Shown here: piece by piece, positions 29,892-40,063 of the stretch | How the letters are laid out: each line of letters opens with the position of its first letter | How positions within the stretch are numbered: the first letter of the stretch is position 1 | Assembly: GCA_965220815.1 (NCBI GenBank) | Contig: OZ244846.1 | Coordinates: 4,145,045 to 4,209,044 of the forward strand | Reading direction: 5' to 3' | DNA: 64,000 nt | Source: Gammaproteobacteria bacterium | GTDB taxonomy: Bacteria; Pseudomonadota; Gammaproteobacteria; Eutrophobiales; Eutrophobiaceae | Notes under the pieces: generated by a model | Database searches by the model: none | Told to the model about the DNA's origin: nothing | Seen by the model: the letters and a program-made list of their open reading frames with translations, nothing else | Program-made: the position numbers and the translations under genes

Positions 29892-30911
29892 ATGACGCAT
29901 CGAGCGAATCTGCAAGTGACAGGGGAAGCCATAAAAAACAGACGTATTCTTGCTGCCGGCGCTGGACGCATGGGCAGGGGGATTGCCCACATGTTTGCCT
30001 ATGCGGGCTATCCGGTCACTCTGCTTGACGTGAAGGAACGCGACGGGAAAGGGTACAGCCAACTGGTCGATACCGCGCTGGCTGAAGTTGAAACAAACCT
30101 GGTGTTCCTGTCCGAACTTGGTCATATCACCACTGTACAGGTAAAAAAAGTCCTTGAACTCATCCAGGTCAAGCCACTTGCGAGCGCAGCCGGCGAGCTT
30201 GCCGCAGCCGATATCGTCATTGAAGGGGTGCCGGAGACCCGGGATGCGAAAAAGTACGCACTTGAACTGGTCGGAGCGCATGCCCGCGATGATGCCATCG
30301 TGACCTCCACTACCTCTTCCATGCTGGTGACCGAGCTCAAGCAGTGGGTGAAGCGGCCGGAGCGTTTCCTGAATACGCATTTTCTCAACCCTGCCTACCT
30401 GATCCCGCTGGTGGAGGTCAGTCCGTCCCCGGAAACTGATGAGGATGTGGTAACTGACGTCATTGCCCTGTTCGAGGCTATCGGCAAAGTGCCGGTCCGG
30501 TGCTCCGCATCACCGGGTATGATCATCCCGCGCCTGCAATCCCTGCTGATGGCGGAAGCCTGCCGCATGGTGGAAGAAGGTGTGGCCACCCCGGCGGACC
30601 TCGACAAGGCCATCACCCACGGCTTCGGTCCGCGTTATGCGACCCTGGGGGTGATGGAGTTCATCGACTGGGGCGGGGTCGATATCCTCTACTACGCCGG
30701 CCATTACCTGTCAAAGGCGCTGGATTCCCCGCGCCACGCCCCGCCGGAGGAAGTGACAAGAATGATGGAGGACGGGCGCAAGGGCATGCGCGAGGGGCAG
30801 GGTTATTATGATTTTCGCAACATGGACGTGGATGCCTGGCAAAAGGAAAAACTGACCCGCTTCGTCACCCTGCTGGGCGGCCTGGGGCAGATTCCGAAAC
30901 CCGGCGTCTGA
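29892..30911 (+). CDS. 3-hydroxyacyl-CoA dehydrogenase family protein (L-carnitine / 3-hydroxybutyryl-CoA dehydrogenase-like)
   Basis: Rossmann AAGAGRMGRGIAHMFA. 3HCDH N- and C-terminal domains. Confidence 0.7.
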   Translation: MTHRANLQVTGEAIKNRRILAAGAGRMGRGIAHMFAYAGYPVTLLDVKERDGKGYSQLVDTALAEVETNLVFLSELGHITTVQVKKVLELIQVKPLASAAGELAAADIVIEGVPETRDAKKYALELVGAHARDDAIVTSTTSSMLVTELKQWVKRPERFLNTHFLNPAYLIPLVEVSPSPETDEDVVTDVIALFEAIGKVPVRCSASPGMIIPRLQSLLMAEACRMVEEGVATPADLDKAITHGFGPRYATLGVMEFIDWGGVDILYYAGHYLSKALDSPRHAPPEEVTRMMEDGRKGMREGQGYYDFRNMDVDAWQKEKLTRFVTLLGGLGQIPKPGV

Positions 30912-30927
30912 CGATCGGAAAAATCCA

Positions 30928-31010
30928 GGGGTCAGAGTAAAATCCTGGAAAACATCGCCAGTGGCAGTGCCAGTGGTGATTTTACTCTGACCCCAACATA
31001 TTCTGACCCC
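30928..31010. repeat. REP-like palindromic element, long variant
   Basis: GGGGTCAGAGTAAAAT (30928-30943) … ATTTTACTCTGACCCC (30979-30994) … TGACCCC (31004-31010). Sits between convergent gene ends. Confidence 0.6.
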
Positions 31011-31017
31011 TTAATTC

Positions 31018-31637
31018 TTAATCGATCAGGATAATCCCCTTGTTCTTCATGTAGTCGGTGATTATCCCCACTTCTTCTTCGACAGTCATCCGGTCGGTGC
31101 GGAGGTGGATTTCCGGACTTTTCGGTTCCTCGTAGGGATCGTCAATCCCGGTAAAGTTCCTGATCTCCCCTGCTCGGGCTTTCTTGTACAAGCCTTTGGG
31201 ATCGCGCTGCTCTGCGGTCTCCAGGGAGCAATCCACGTGTATCTCGATAAATTCGAACCCCGCCTCCCGGTGTAATTCCCGTACCCGGTCGCGGTCCGCC
31301 CGGTAAGGACTGATAAAGGCGGACAGGACCAGCAGGCCCGCATCCACAAAAAGTTTGGAGATCTCACCGATGCGGCGGATGTTCTCCGTCCGGTCCTCCG
31401 CGGAGAAACCTAAATTCCTGTTTATGCCCATGCGGATATTGTCGCCGTCCAGCCGGTAGCTCAGCTTTCCATATTCGTAAAGAACCGCCTCAAGCGCGAC
31501 TGCAATGGTGCTCTTGCCGCTGCCCGAGAGGCCGGTAAACCAGAGGGTCGCCCCTTTCTGACCCAGAAACCGGTTCCGGTCCGCGCGGGTGATGTCTCCT
31601 TCATGCCAGTGAACATTGGTCGCTTTTTGTTTTGTCA
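31018..31637 (-). CDS. cysC: adenylyl-sulfate (APS) kinase
   Basis: P-loop GLSGSGKST and the full APS-kinase core. GTG at 31637 gives the canonical ~206 aa. Upstream in-frame ATGs at 31704 and 31758 would extend into the divergent thiolase gene. Confidence 0.75.
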
Positions 31638-31702
31638 CGTTCTGTACCTGTGTATTACTGTTCCGATTGAGCGGATGAGAGGAAAACAGTTTAACATGTA
31701 GC

Positions 31703-32911
31703 ATGAACCAGGATATATCCGGAACCAGGGTGAATAACGACAGAAAACCGGTAGTCATCAGTTACGCAGCCAGTAAAGTGGGACGGCTGGAACAGGCGCG
31801 CTTCGAGCATGAAATCCTGGCAGACCTGGTGATCGATGCCGTGCGCTCTGCCGGCCTTGAAAAGGCGGATATCGGCTCCGCCGTGTTCACCGGACCCACG
31901 CCTGCCACGCGCCAGCGGGCCTTCGCCACGTTCATGGCGAGCCGGCTGGGGTTGCGCTGTCACGGACAGATCGCCGAAGTCACAAACCTGGGCATTACCG
32001 GCGGTCTGGCCTTCGACCAGGCCTGTGCCGATATCCGGAGCGGACGGGTCAAAGCAGCGCTCGCACTGGGAATAGAGTACAACTCGGGAGTCGATGCTGC
32101 GACCATGATGGAATCCGGGATACGTGCGGCAGGCGATGTAAATTTCCAGGCTCCTTTCGGAGTGACGCCTATCGCCTGGTACGCGCTGGACGCCGACCGT
32201 TACCTGTTCGAGACCGGGACCACCCGGCGCGATCTTGCCGCAATCGCAGTCAAGAACCGCCGACACGCCATGCTCAACCCCCTGGCCCAGTTCAACTCGC
32301 CCCTGACCGTTGAGGACGTATTGCAGCAACCCCCCATCGTCGAACCGCTCGGGCGTTTCGACGTGCCGCCGCGCAGTGACGGCGCCATTTGCCTTGTGAT
32401 TACATCCGGGCAGGTTGCACGCGAGCTTGGAAAACCTTTTTTACGGGTTCTGGGACGGGGGTTTGCCCACGACGGACACCACCAGGTCGGCTGCAAGCCC
32501 CACGATATGATCGACTTTCCCGCCGCCAGGGAAGCAACCAGGCAGGCGCTTGATGATGCAGGCACAAGGCTGGAACACATCGATGTTGCGGAATTATATG
32601 CCCCCTGCACGATAACGGAGGCGCTGGTTACCGAATCGATCGGGCTGACGGACAAAGGCAAAGGCGCGATCGCAGCGGCAGACGGTGAGACTGCAATCGG
32701 CGGGCGGATCCCGGTATGCACCTCCGGCGGTTGCCTGTCCCGCGGTCATCCGCCCGGCCTGACCGCCCTGTACGGCATTGCTGAATTATTCGACCAACTC
32801 ACGCACGGGGCAGGTGAACGGCAGGTTGCCGGCGCCGGCCTGGGGCTGCACATGTGCGAACTGGGCAATTACAACGCCGCCCTTGCCCACGTGATGGATG
32901 CCGGGAGCTGA
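31703..32911 (+). CDS. thiolase-like protein (SCP-x / non-condensing thiolase family)
   Basis: Thiolase fold with C-terminal GG[CS] region. Immediately followed by a DUF35 partner, as is typical for this family. Confidence 0.7.
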   Translation: MNQDISGTRVNNDRKPVVISYAASKVGRLEQARFEHEILADLVIDAVRSAGLEKADIGSAVFTGPTPATRQRAFATFMASRLGLRCHGQIAEVTNLGITGGLAFDQACADIRSGRVKAALALGIEYNSGVDAATMMESGIRAAGDVNFQAPFGVTPIAWYALDADRYLFETGTTRRDLAAIAVKNRRHAMLNPLAQFNSPLTVEDVLQQPPIVEPLGRFDVPPRSDGAICLVITSGQVARELGKPFLRVLGRGFAHDGHHQVGCKPHDMIDFPAAREATRQALDDAGTRLEHIDVAELYAPCTITEALVTESIGLTDKGKGAIAAADGETAIGGRIPVCTSGGCLSRGHPPGLTALYGIAELFDQLTHGAGERQVAGAGLGLHMCELGNYNAALAHVMDAGS

Positions 32912-32913
32912 TC

Positions 32914-33327
32914 ATGGATATCATCAAGGTCCCCGGACGCCTTCCACTATTACCGGAATACTCCAGTTTCACCGAGACGTTCCGGCAAGGTCTGGAGGCA
33001 GGAAAATTCATGACGACCAGGTGCGCCGCATGCGGTAAATTGACGTTTCCTCCGAAACAATATTGCCCGAACTGCTGGTCGGACGAGATGAACTGGGTCG
33101 AACTGTCAGGAAAAGGCGTCCTGTACGCAAGAACGACCATCCACGCCGCGGCCACACAATTCCGGGACGAAGTGCCGTTCAGCGTCGGCATTGTCGATCT
33201 GGAAGAAGACGTCAGGCTGGTTACGGGTTTAATCGATGACCCGGCACGGATCGAAAACGATGCTGCAATCAGGCTGGTAGCATTGTCATACGAAGACGGG
33301 CTGTTATTCGCGGCAACACCGGCATAA
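32914..33327 (+). CDS. Zn-ribbon / OB-fold protein (DUF35 family), thiolase partner
   Basis: CAACGKLTFPPKQYCPNC zinc ribbon followed by an OB-fold region. Starts 3 nt after the thiolase stop. Confidence 0.65.
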   Translation: MDIIKVPGRLPLLPEYSSFTETFRQGLEAGKFMTTRCAACGKLTFPPKQYCPNCWSDEMNWVELSGKGVLYARTTIHAAATQFRDEVPFSVGIVDLEEDVRLVTGLIDDPARIENDAAIRLVALSYEDGLLFAATPA

Positions 33328-33336
33328 CAGATATGT

Positions 33337-33481
33337 GGGGTCAGAGTAAAAATACACAGAGACAATGGGGACGGACTTCAAGTCCGTCCCCGGCATGCCG
33401 AGATGTGTGGGGTCAGAGTAAAATTTCTGGCGAAATTCTTACTCTGACCCCGGAATTCGCCGGAAATTTTACTCTGACCCC
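33337..33481. repeat. tandem cluster of REP-like elements plus an embedded GC hairpin
   Basis: Arms GGGGTCAGAGTAAAA at 33337 and 33409. Right arms (T)TTACTCTGACCCC ending 33451 and 33481. Perfect hairpin GGGGACGGACT-tcaa-AGTCCGTCCCC at 33367-33391. Confidence 0.6.
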
Positions 33482-33589
33482 TGATATCAACGGGTTATCC
33501 TGCATAGGGAAAATGCGGCATTGCATAAATTTTTGCTAGGATAAGGTACTAGAATAATTTTGAGTGGTCTTTCCTTTACGGGGGTCGTT

Positions 33590-35956
33590 GTGGATAAAAA
33601 GTATCTCTTACCTGTTATATCCGGTTTCCTGTTAATGCTGGTTTCCACCCTGACCGGCGCCCAGGCGGTGCTTGAAGAGGTTGTGGTGACCGCCCAGAAA
33701 CGTGAACAGTCCATCCAGGACGTGCCTATCTCAATAACGGCGATAAGTGGGGAAAATCTGCAGGCTAATATCGTTCAGGATGTATACGATCTTCGTGCGA
33801 CCGTGCCTGCGCTTGAGGTCAGGGGTGTGGACCCGCCCAGCCAGGGCGCCGCGTTCGCCATCAGGGGTCTGGGATCTTCAGTTTTTAACATGGGATTTGA
33901 ACCGACTGTCGGTACGTTTGTCGATGGTGTATATATCAGTCGCTCCGGCCTGGTGGCGAGCAGTGACCTGCTTGACCTTGACAGGGTAGAAGTTTTGAAA
34001 GGGCCTCAGGGTACATTATTCGGCAAGAACACCACCGGTGGCGTTGTCCATTTCATAACGAATAAACCCTCGTTTGATGAAGTCGAAGGATCTGCTGAAG
34101 TAACCTACCAGGAATATGACCAGGTCAGGGTGAGAGGCGTGATTAATGTGCCTGTCCAGGACAACTTCGCGGCCCGTATCGCCGCTTCCTGGCATAACGG
34201 AGACGGCTATCTTGACAACGCCAACGGCGAGGATCTCAATGACCGGGACCGTTTCACGATTCGCGGCCAGTTGATGTGGGAGCCGAGCGCCGATTTGAAC
34301 ATACGGGTTATTGCCGACTACAGTGAAGTGGATGAGAACTGTTGCTGGCCGGTACGGAATACCAACAACCCGCTTAACGCGTTTGTAAACGTGCCTCTGG
34401 CTGCCGCGAATGGTTCCAATGTAATTGACCCGCCTGATGTGGACAACCTCCGTGTAGCCGCTAACGGCGACCTGATCTTCGACGCCGAAGACTTTGGCAT
34501 ATCCGGTGAAATAAACTGGCAACTGGGTAATATTACGGTGACTTCCATCACGGCGTACAGGGATTACCAGGACCTGAATACCAAGGACAACGACTTTACC
34601 GGTGTGGATATATTAACCAATACAGACACCTTGCCCGAGGTGAGTATTGTCTCGGAAGAATTCCGTATTGCCGGAGTGAGTGAGGACATAGGTATCGGTC
34701 AGTCACTGGACTGGGTAGTTGGATTCTATTATGCCAACGAGAAGGTCCAGCGTACCCGGGAATTTGTCTGGGGACCGCAAATCACTTCGTTTCCATTTTT
34801 TGCCCCCGGCTTGTTCGGCAATATTCCAGGCCGGGCTTTCTATGATCAATTCAGCCAGGAAGTGGATACGATAGCCGGTTTTGGGCATATCACCATCGAC
34901 ATCAATGACAAGCTGTCCCTGACAGGTGGCGTCCGATATACCAATGACGACAAAAACGCCAGTCACAGGGGTCAGACAGGTAATGCCATGGCGCCTTTCA
35001 ATAACCTGCCGCTGGCGGTAGTGCATGATTTCGACGCCAAACGGGAAGACAGCGAAGCCACGGGCACGGCCAGTATCCAGTACCAAGTGACGGACAATGT
35101 CATGGGGTTTTTCACCTACAGCCGCGGCTATAAATCAGGCGGCATCAGCCTGAACCGGGATGCGGCAGGTAATGCGCTGGGATTTGGTCACCCGGTATTC
35201 GGGTGCCCGCCGGGAGGCACCCCGGTACCTGCATCGCCATTCTGTGCTTTCCCGCCGGGCGATCCTACATTTGACCCGGAATTTGCCGATCATTACGAAA
35301 TCGGCTTCAAAAGCACGCTGTTCAACAACCGGATGCGGTTAAACGCTTCTCTCTGGAAAACGGAGTTTGAAGGACTGCAGCTCCAGACGTTAAGGCCGGA
35401 CGGCTCTTTTCAGGTCATCAATGTATCAGGAGCAACTTCGCAAGGCATTGAGGCAGATGTAAATATTGCCGCTACCGATTACCTGGACGTCTTTTTCGCA
35501 GTTCAATTCCTGGATGCGGATTTTGACGATAACGCTCCGGCATTAACACCAGGACTGCCGCCAATGGGCGGCGAGGACCTGCCTTTCGCATCCGACATTA
35601 CCGGTAACCTGGGCGCCAATCTCAACCTGCCAATCGGTGACAGCGGCTGGAACTTTTTCCTCAACGGCAACCTGTTTTTCCGGAGCGAATATTTTTCCTT
35701 CACGGAACCGGACCCCGCCCGCACCCAGAAAGCACATGAACTGCTGAGTCTTCGTGGCGGCGTGAGTTCGCCCGATGGACAATGGGAACTCGCGGTGTGG
35801 TGCCGCAACTGCACGGATGAAAGGTATAAATACAGTGATTTTGCCATTCCGTTTGACGGAGCAATACTCTCCCCGCCAGGCACCCCACTCGGAACGCTTT
35901 GGTCACACTATGGTTCACCCAGGTTTGTCGGGGTAACCGGCACTTTCCGTTTCTGA
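33590..35956 (+). CDS. TonB-dependent outer-membrane receptor
   Basis: GTG start 33590 giving signal peptide (M)DKKYLLPVISGFLLMLVSTLTGAQA. Plug EEVVVTAQKREQSIQDVPISITAI. C-terminal F. Confidence 0.8.
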   Translation: MDKKYLLPVISGFLLMLVSTLTGAQAVLEEVVVTAQKREQSIQDVPISITAISGENLQANIVQDVYDLRATVPALEVRGVDPPSQGAAFAIRGLGSSVFNMGFEPTVGTFVDGVYISRSGLVASSDLLDLDRVEVLKGPQGTLFGKNTTGGVVHFITNKPSFDEVEGSAEVTYQEYDQVRVRGVINVPVQDNFAARIAASWHNGDGYLDNANGEDLNDRDRFTIRGQLMWEPSADLNIRVIADYSEVDENCCWPVRNTNNPLNAFVNVPLAAANGSNVIDPPDVDNLRVAANGDLIFDAEDFGISGEINWQLGNITVTSITAYRDYQDLNTKDNDFTGVDILTNTDTLPEVSIVSEEFRIAGVSEDIGIGQSLDWVVGFYYANEKVQRTREFVWGPQITSFPFFAPGLFGNIPGRAFYDQFSQEVDTIAGFGHITIDINDKLSLTGGVRYTNDDKNASHRGQTGNAMAPFNNLPLAVVHDFDAKREDSEATGTASIQYQVTDNVMGFFTYSRGYKSGGISLNRDAAGNALGFGHPVFGCPPGGTPVPASPFCAFPPGDPTFDPEFADHYEIGFKSTLFNNRMRLNASLWKTEFEGLQLQTLRPDGSFQVINVSGATSQGIEADVNIAATDYLDVFFAVQFLDADFDDNAPALTPGLPPMGGEDLPFASDITGNLGANLNLPIGDSGWNFFLNGNLFFRSEYFSFTEPDPARTQKAHELLSLRGGVSSPDGQWELAVWCRNCTDERYKYSDFAIPFDGAILSPPGTPLGTLWSHYGSPRFVGVTGTFRF

Positions 35957-36018
35957 TTTCGCTTTCACGGCAGCCTGATGGGAGCGAACTGCAACAGTTC
36001 GCTCCCTCCTGTTAATCC

Positions 36019-36993
36019 ATGAAGCACCGCCGGCTTTTAGTTTTACTGTTCCTGCCGGCCTGTCTGGCGGGTTCTTTTGCAAAAGCGGAAGCAACGTGGG
36101 CGGAGAAAAGCGAAACCACGCGTATGCTGATGCAGGAAATGGACAAGACCATCAATCTCCCGGACAGAAACAAGGCATATGATGATTACATGAAATTATT
36201 CGCCGGGGAACTCCAGGCTTACGGGTTGCTTGAATCAGGCCCGGCGGATCTGGAGTACGTTAAACAACACTATAAACCGGTGTTCGAAAATTTTGATGAC
36301 GGCTCGCTGGTAACGGACACGCTGGTGGTGGCCGGAAACATGGCAGCGCAGCGTTACCATTCCCTGTTTACCCTGAATGGCAGTTTCGACGGTGTTTACT
36401 ACGAGGACAAACTGGCTGCGATAAGGGGCTTCACTTTTTTTGAATTTAATGAGCATAACCGGATAATCAGGCGCTGGTCGAACCACGACCATGCCTACCG
36501 GATGGGACAATTACTGGGCGCCAAGGGAAGAGAACAGGGAGCGCTTCTTTCGAAACAGCTCAACGGTCCCGGCCTGTCCGCCCAAAAAGTAGAGGAACGT
36601 ATCAGGGCTCTTGTCGCAGCGGCTAACCGGATTCACGACCCCACGCTACGAATGGCTGCGGTTATGGCCATGTTCTCGCAGAACGTAAAAGCATGGGGTG
36701 TAGCTGAAACTGAAGCAGGATATAACGGATTATCCAGGTATTTTTCCGGTATCTGGGAGTTTTTCCCCGACCTTGTTTTCGTCCCTGGTGACGTGTTGTC
36801 GGCCTGGTGGTTTGGCGCAACAATTCTTAACGGACATGGTACATGGAGGAAAAACGGCCAAAGCCATCATGCTAGCGACATTATTCGCAAGGTAACGATT
36901 GAGTTGATTGTCCGTTTTGACGACCAAGCCAGGATAGATACAGTCTATCTTTACCAGCATCCTATCGAGAGACCAGCGGAAAATCCAGGCTAG
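36019..36993 (+). CDS. secreted protein with NTF2-like (SnoaL-type) domains, function unknown
   Basis: Signal peptide MKHRRLLVLLFLPACLAGSFA. Two NTF2-like repeats by composition. Domain call is low confidence. Confidence 0.45.
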   Translation: MKHRRLLVLLFLPACLAGSFAKAEATWAEKSETTRMLMQEMDKTINLPDRNKAYDDYMKLFAGELQAYGLLESGPADLEYVKQHYKPVFENFDDGSLVTDTLVVAGNMAAQRYHSLFTLNGSFDGVYYEDKLAAIRGFTFFEFNEHNRIIRRWSNHDHAYRMGQLLGAKGREQGALLSKQLNGPGLSAQKVEERIRALVAAANRIHDPTLRMAAVMAMFSQNVKAWGVAETEAGYNGLSRYFSGIWEFFPDLVFVPGDVLSAWWFGATILNGHGTWRKNGQSHHASDIIRKVTIELIVRFDDQARIDTVYLYQHPIERPAENPG

Positions 36994-38324
36994 CCCGGCA
37001 TCAGGTTTTTCCTGCCCAGCCAGCGCCGAATGACGCCGTGCCTGTGCTTGTTGATGGGATAGTTGTACAGCAACACTGCCCCGGCGATGCCTATAACTGC
37101 GGGCAGGAACATCCCTACGAAGATGAGTCCCCGGATTGCGTATGCATCATTCTCACCCATGGGTTGAAATCCCAGAACGCCCAGCAAGGGCAAGGCGATA
37201 CCCACTCCGCCGGCAAAGGCGACCTTTACCATGAAGTTGTAAACCGCCATGTATATCGCTGCATCATCACTGCCGCCTTTCATCATGCCATACTCGATGG
37301 TGTCGGCGATCAAAGCCGGCGGCATCACCCAGATAACCGAGATGATGGGTCCATGCACCAGGGCAACCAGCAACAATTGCGAAAAATCGCCGGGGGCGAC
37401 CAGCAGGTACAGGGGCTGGACCGCAAGATACCCAAAGCCTCCCCAGAACAGGGCCCGGTGCCGGCCATAACGGTTGCCGAACCTGACCCACAACGGGAGA
37501 CAGGCAATGCCGATCACGTATTGAATCAGGACAAACTTCAGAAATCCCGAACGCGGCATCTGCAATATGTGTTCGAACGTGAATATTAGCGATGCATTCA
37601 TCACACTGCCGCCAAGCCAGAGAAAAAAAACGCCGATGACCAAGCGCACGAAAGGTTTGTTTACAAACAGTAGCCTCAAAGCGGAAAACAGGCCGTGTTT
37701 ACCCGATTCCACGAACGTGGTCTTGGGCGTGACCAGCGTCGCTCCGGAAGCCGCAACCGGAAGCAGGATCAGCAGGAACACGACGTACACCCATAATATT
37801 TCCCGCAATGCAGGATTTTCTTCCCGCAAAAACACGACGGGCAACAGGGTTGCAAGAATGATCCCTATCATGGTGCCCGTCTCCCGGTAGCCGTTGATAC
37901 GGGTGCGCGCGGCATAATCCCGGGACAGTTCAGCACCCCAGGACAGGTAGGGTATCTGCACGGTCGTCCAGGCCACGTAAAAGACCAGGGCCACGACGAA
38001 CAGGTAGGTTTTGCTGACGGAAACAGGCGGACTCAGGAACAGGTAGAGACTGATCATCAGCAGCGGTACGCCGGCTACGATCCAGGGCTTGCGGCGTCCC
38101 CAGGGTCCGCGGGTCCGGTCCGACAGGTTACCGATCACGGGGTCCGTTATCGCGTCCCAGGCGCGGGCAATAAAGAATATGCCGCCAACCGCGGCCAGTT
38201 CCAGTCCCAGTTCCGCGGCGTAAAACGGCGGAACGTAGATGATCAGTGGCATCCCCAGCATAGCCAGGGGGATAGCCGGCAACATATAGGCCAGTAGTGA
38301 AGTTCTGTCTGTTGCAGATCTCAT
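36990..38324 (-). CDS. MFS transporter, glycoside-pentoside-hexuronide (GPH) : cation symporter family
   Basis: GPH signature region GNLSDRTRGPWGRRKPW. 12 predicted TM segments. Confidence 0.75.
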   Translation of the reverse strand: MRSATDRTSLLAYMLPAIPLAMLGMPLIIYVPPFYAAELGLELAAVGGIFFIARAWDAITDPVIGNLSDRTRGPWGRRKPWIVAGVPLLMISLYLFLSPPVSVSKTYLFVVALVFYVAWTTVQIPYLSWGAELSRDYAARTRINGYRETGTMIGIILATLLPVVFLREENPALREILWVYVVFLLILLPVAASGATLVTPKTTFVESGKHGLFSALRLLFVNKPFVRLVIGVFFLWLGGSVMNASLIFTFEHILQMPRSGFLKFVLIQYVIGIACLPLWVRFGNRYGRHRALFWGGFGYLAVQPLYLLVAPGDFSQLLLVALVHGPIISVIWVMPPALIADTIEYGMMKGGSDDAAIYMAVYNFMVKVAFAGGVGIALPLLGVLGFQPMGENDAYAIRGLIFVGMFLPAVIGIAGAVLLYNYPINKHRHGVIRRWLGRKNLMPG

Positions 38325-38356
38325 GTCATGCCTCCTTCATTTTTATTACCGCGGAC

Positions 38357-39940
38357 TTATCCGGCTAATGCGGACTTCATCAGGTCCGCACCCTTCTCAC
38401 CGATCATGAGCACCGTGGCATTGGTATTGCCGGTGACCAGGGTCGGCATGACGGAAGCGTCTATGACCCATAACCCGTCAACACCTCTTACCTTAAGGTC
38501 CGGGCCGACAACGGCCTGTGCGTCATGCCCCATCCTGCATGTCCCGACCGGGTGGTACATGGGGAAAGCCGCATCCTTCACGAAGTCCCTGAGTTGATCG
38601 CCGGCAAACATCTCATCATCCGGATGACGCCAGCGCGACAGGTAGCCGGCAAAGGCTGGCTGCTCCGTGATCCTCCTGGCCAACCGGCATGCATCTATGA
38701 GTTGTTCAATATCCTCCTCAGAGTCCAGCATCGGGTAATGAATCCTGGGAGGCGCCAGCGGGTCGGGGGAACGCAAGGTAATCTCTCCCCTGCTCCGAGT
38801 CTGCATCAGGCCGACCGCACCGCCTGCGATCTTTTCTTTGCTGAGGGTGGCGCTGTTGTCACCGATATCGATATGAAACGGCGCCATGGTAACCTGAATA
38901 TTGGGTGTCCTGTATTTCTCTCGAGTGCGGATGAATGCGTGGACGTGGGCGATGGGGGTCGTCAGCAATCCTTTCCCATTTACCAGGAATTGAAACAACT
39001 GCCCCAGATTATGCAACAGGCCGGTCCGGCTCCCCAGGGTCTCGCCGTTAACGTCAAAGGAATAACGGATGCCGGTGTGTTCCTGCAGGTTTTTACCTGT
39101 CCCCGGGGCATCTGCAATACAATCGATGCCCATGCGGTTAAGCACCTGGGCATCCCCGATACCGGACAGTTGCAACAGCTTTGGCGAAGCGATAGCCCCT
39201 GCACTTATGATGACAGCGGAGCGAGCCAGCGCCTTGCGGGGTTGTGTATCCCCGTCTTTGATGAATTCGACACTATTGGCCCTGCGGCCATCAAACAGCA
39301 CACGGGTAACCCGGGTGTTGAGTTGTATTTGCAGGTTGGCCCGTTTCCTTGCCGGACGCAGGTATGCCTGTGCGGCAGACTCGCGCCAGCCCCTGCGCTG
39401 GGCCACCTGGACTAAATCCACCCCTTCATGGTTCGCCCCGTTCAGGTCGTGGCTCCTGGGGATACCCGCCTCCTGCGCGGCCATGAGCCAGGCAAGAGTC
39501 AAAGGACTGTCAACGTGCAGGTCTTCCACCGAGTGGGGGCCTTCCCCACCCCGCCAGTCGTCCCCACCACGGCGATTACATTCCAGCCGTTTGAAACAGG
39601 GTAAAACCGACTCGTAATCCCAGCCATTACACCCCAGTTCCGACCAGCGGTCATAATCGTTGGGGTGGCCGCGAACAAACATCATGCCGTTAATGGCGCT
39701 GCCCCCGCCCAGACAAAGGCCGCTCCACCAGGTGTCCACCTTGCCGGCGCGGGTTGGGTCCGGTTCGGCCTCATACATCCAGTTGAACCTCGGACTGAAG
39801 ACGGCAGCGCCGCTGGCCGCGGGGATACGGCTGAAGGGATGCCTGTCGCTGCCGCCTGCCTCTATCAACAAAACGGAAAGCGAGGGGTCTTCGGACAGGC
39901 GTCCTGCAACTACACAACCGGCTGTACCGCCGCCGACCAC
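38357..39940 (-). CDS. GMC-family FAD-dependent oxidoreductase (choline / alcohol dehydrogenase-like)
   Basis: GGGTAGC FAD motif. GMC signature regions. C-terminal catalytic His region. Only a GTG is available as start at 39940. The in-frame upstream sequence encodes …DAIIEFDIIV without an ATG. Confidence 0.7.
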   Translation of the reverse strand: MVGGGTAGCVVAGRLSEDPSLSVLLIEAGGSDRHPFSRIPAASGAAVFSPRFNWMYEAEPDPTRAGKVDTWWSGLCLGGGSAINGMMFVRGHPNDYDRWSELGCNGWDYESVLPCFKRLECNRRGGDDWRGGEGPHSVEDLHVDSPLTLAWLMAAQEAGIPRSHDLNGANHEGVDLVQVAQRRGWRESAAQAYLRPARKRANLQIQLNTRVTRVLFDGRRANSVEFIKDGDTQPRKALARSAVIISAGAIASPKLLQLSGIGDAQVLNRMGIDCIADAPGTGKNLQEHTGIRYSFDVNGETLGSRTGLLHNLGQLFQFLVNGKGLLTTPIAHVHAFIRTREKYRTPNIQVTMAPFHIDIGDNSATLSKEKIAGGAVGLMQTRSRGEITLRSPDPLAPPRIHYPMLDSEEDIEQLIDACRLARRITEQPAFAGYLSRWRHPDDEMFAGDQLRDFVKDAAFPMYHPVGTCRMGHDAQAVVGPDLKVRGVDGLWVIDASVMPTLVTGNTNATVLMIGEKGADLMKSALAG

Positions 39941-39992
39941 AATGATGTCAAATTCGATGATGGCGTCCCCTGTGTAAGATACCTGGATACCT

Positions 39993-40051
39993 GGGGTCAG
40001 AGTAAAAATTCTCCGAATTTCTTACTCTGACCCCAATGATCCTCTGACCCC
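39993..40051. repeat. REP-like palindromic element, short variant
   Basis: GGGGTCAGAGTAAAAATTCTCCGAATTTCTTACTCTGACCCC, then CTCTGACCCC. Confidence 0.6.
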
Positions 40052-40063
40052 GACTGCTCCCCC

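Noticed and set aside
31638-31758. Longer cysC reading frame starting at ATG 31758
   Set aside because: It would overlap the divergent thiolase gene start by 55 nt and add a 40-aa non-homologous extension. GTG 31637 gives the canonical length.
31691-32329. 212-aa ORF antisense to the thiolase-like gene
   Set aside because: Entirely antisense to a well-supported CDS and lacks any recognisable motif.
33333-33539. 68-aa ORF containing repeated WGQSK peptides
   Set aside because: It is a translation of the tandem REP-like repeats (TGGGGTCAGAGTAAAA reads as W-G-Q-S-K), so it is not a gene. The same applies to ORF 39665-40030.
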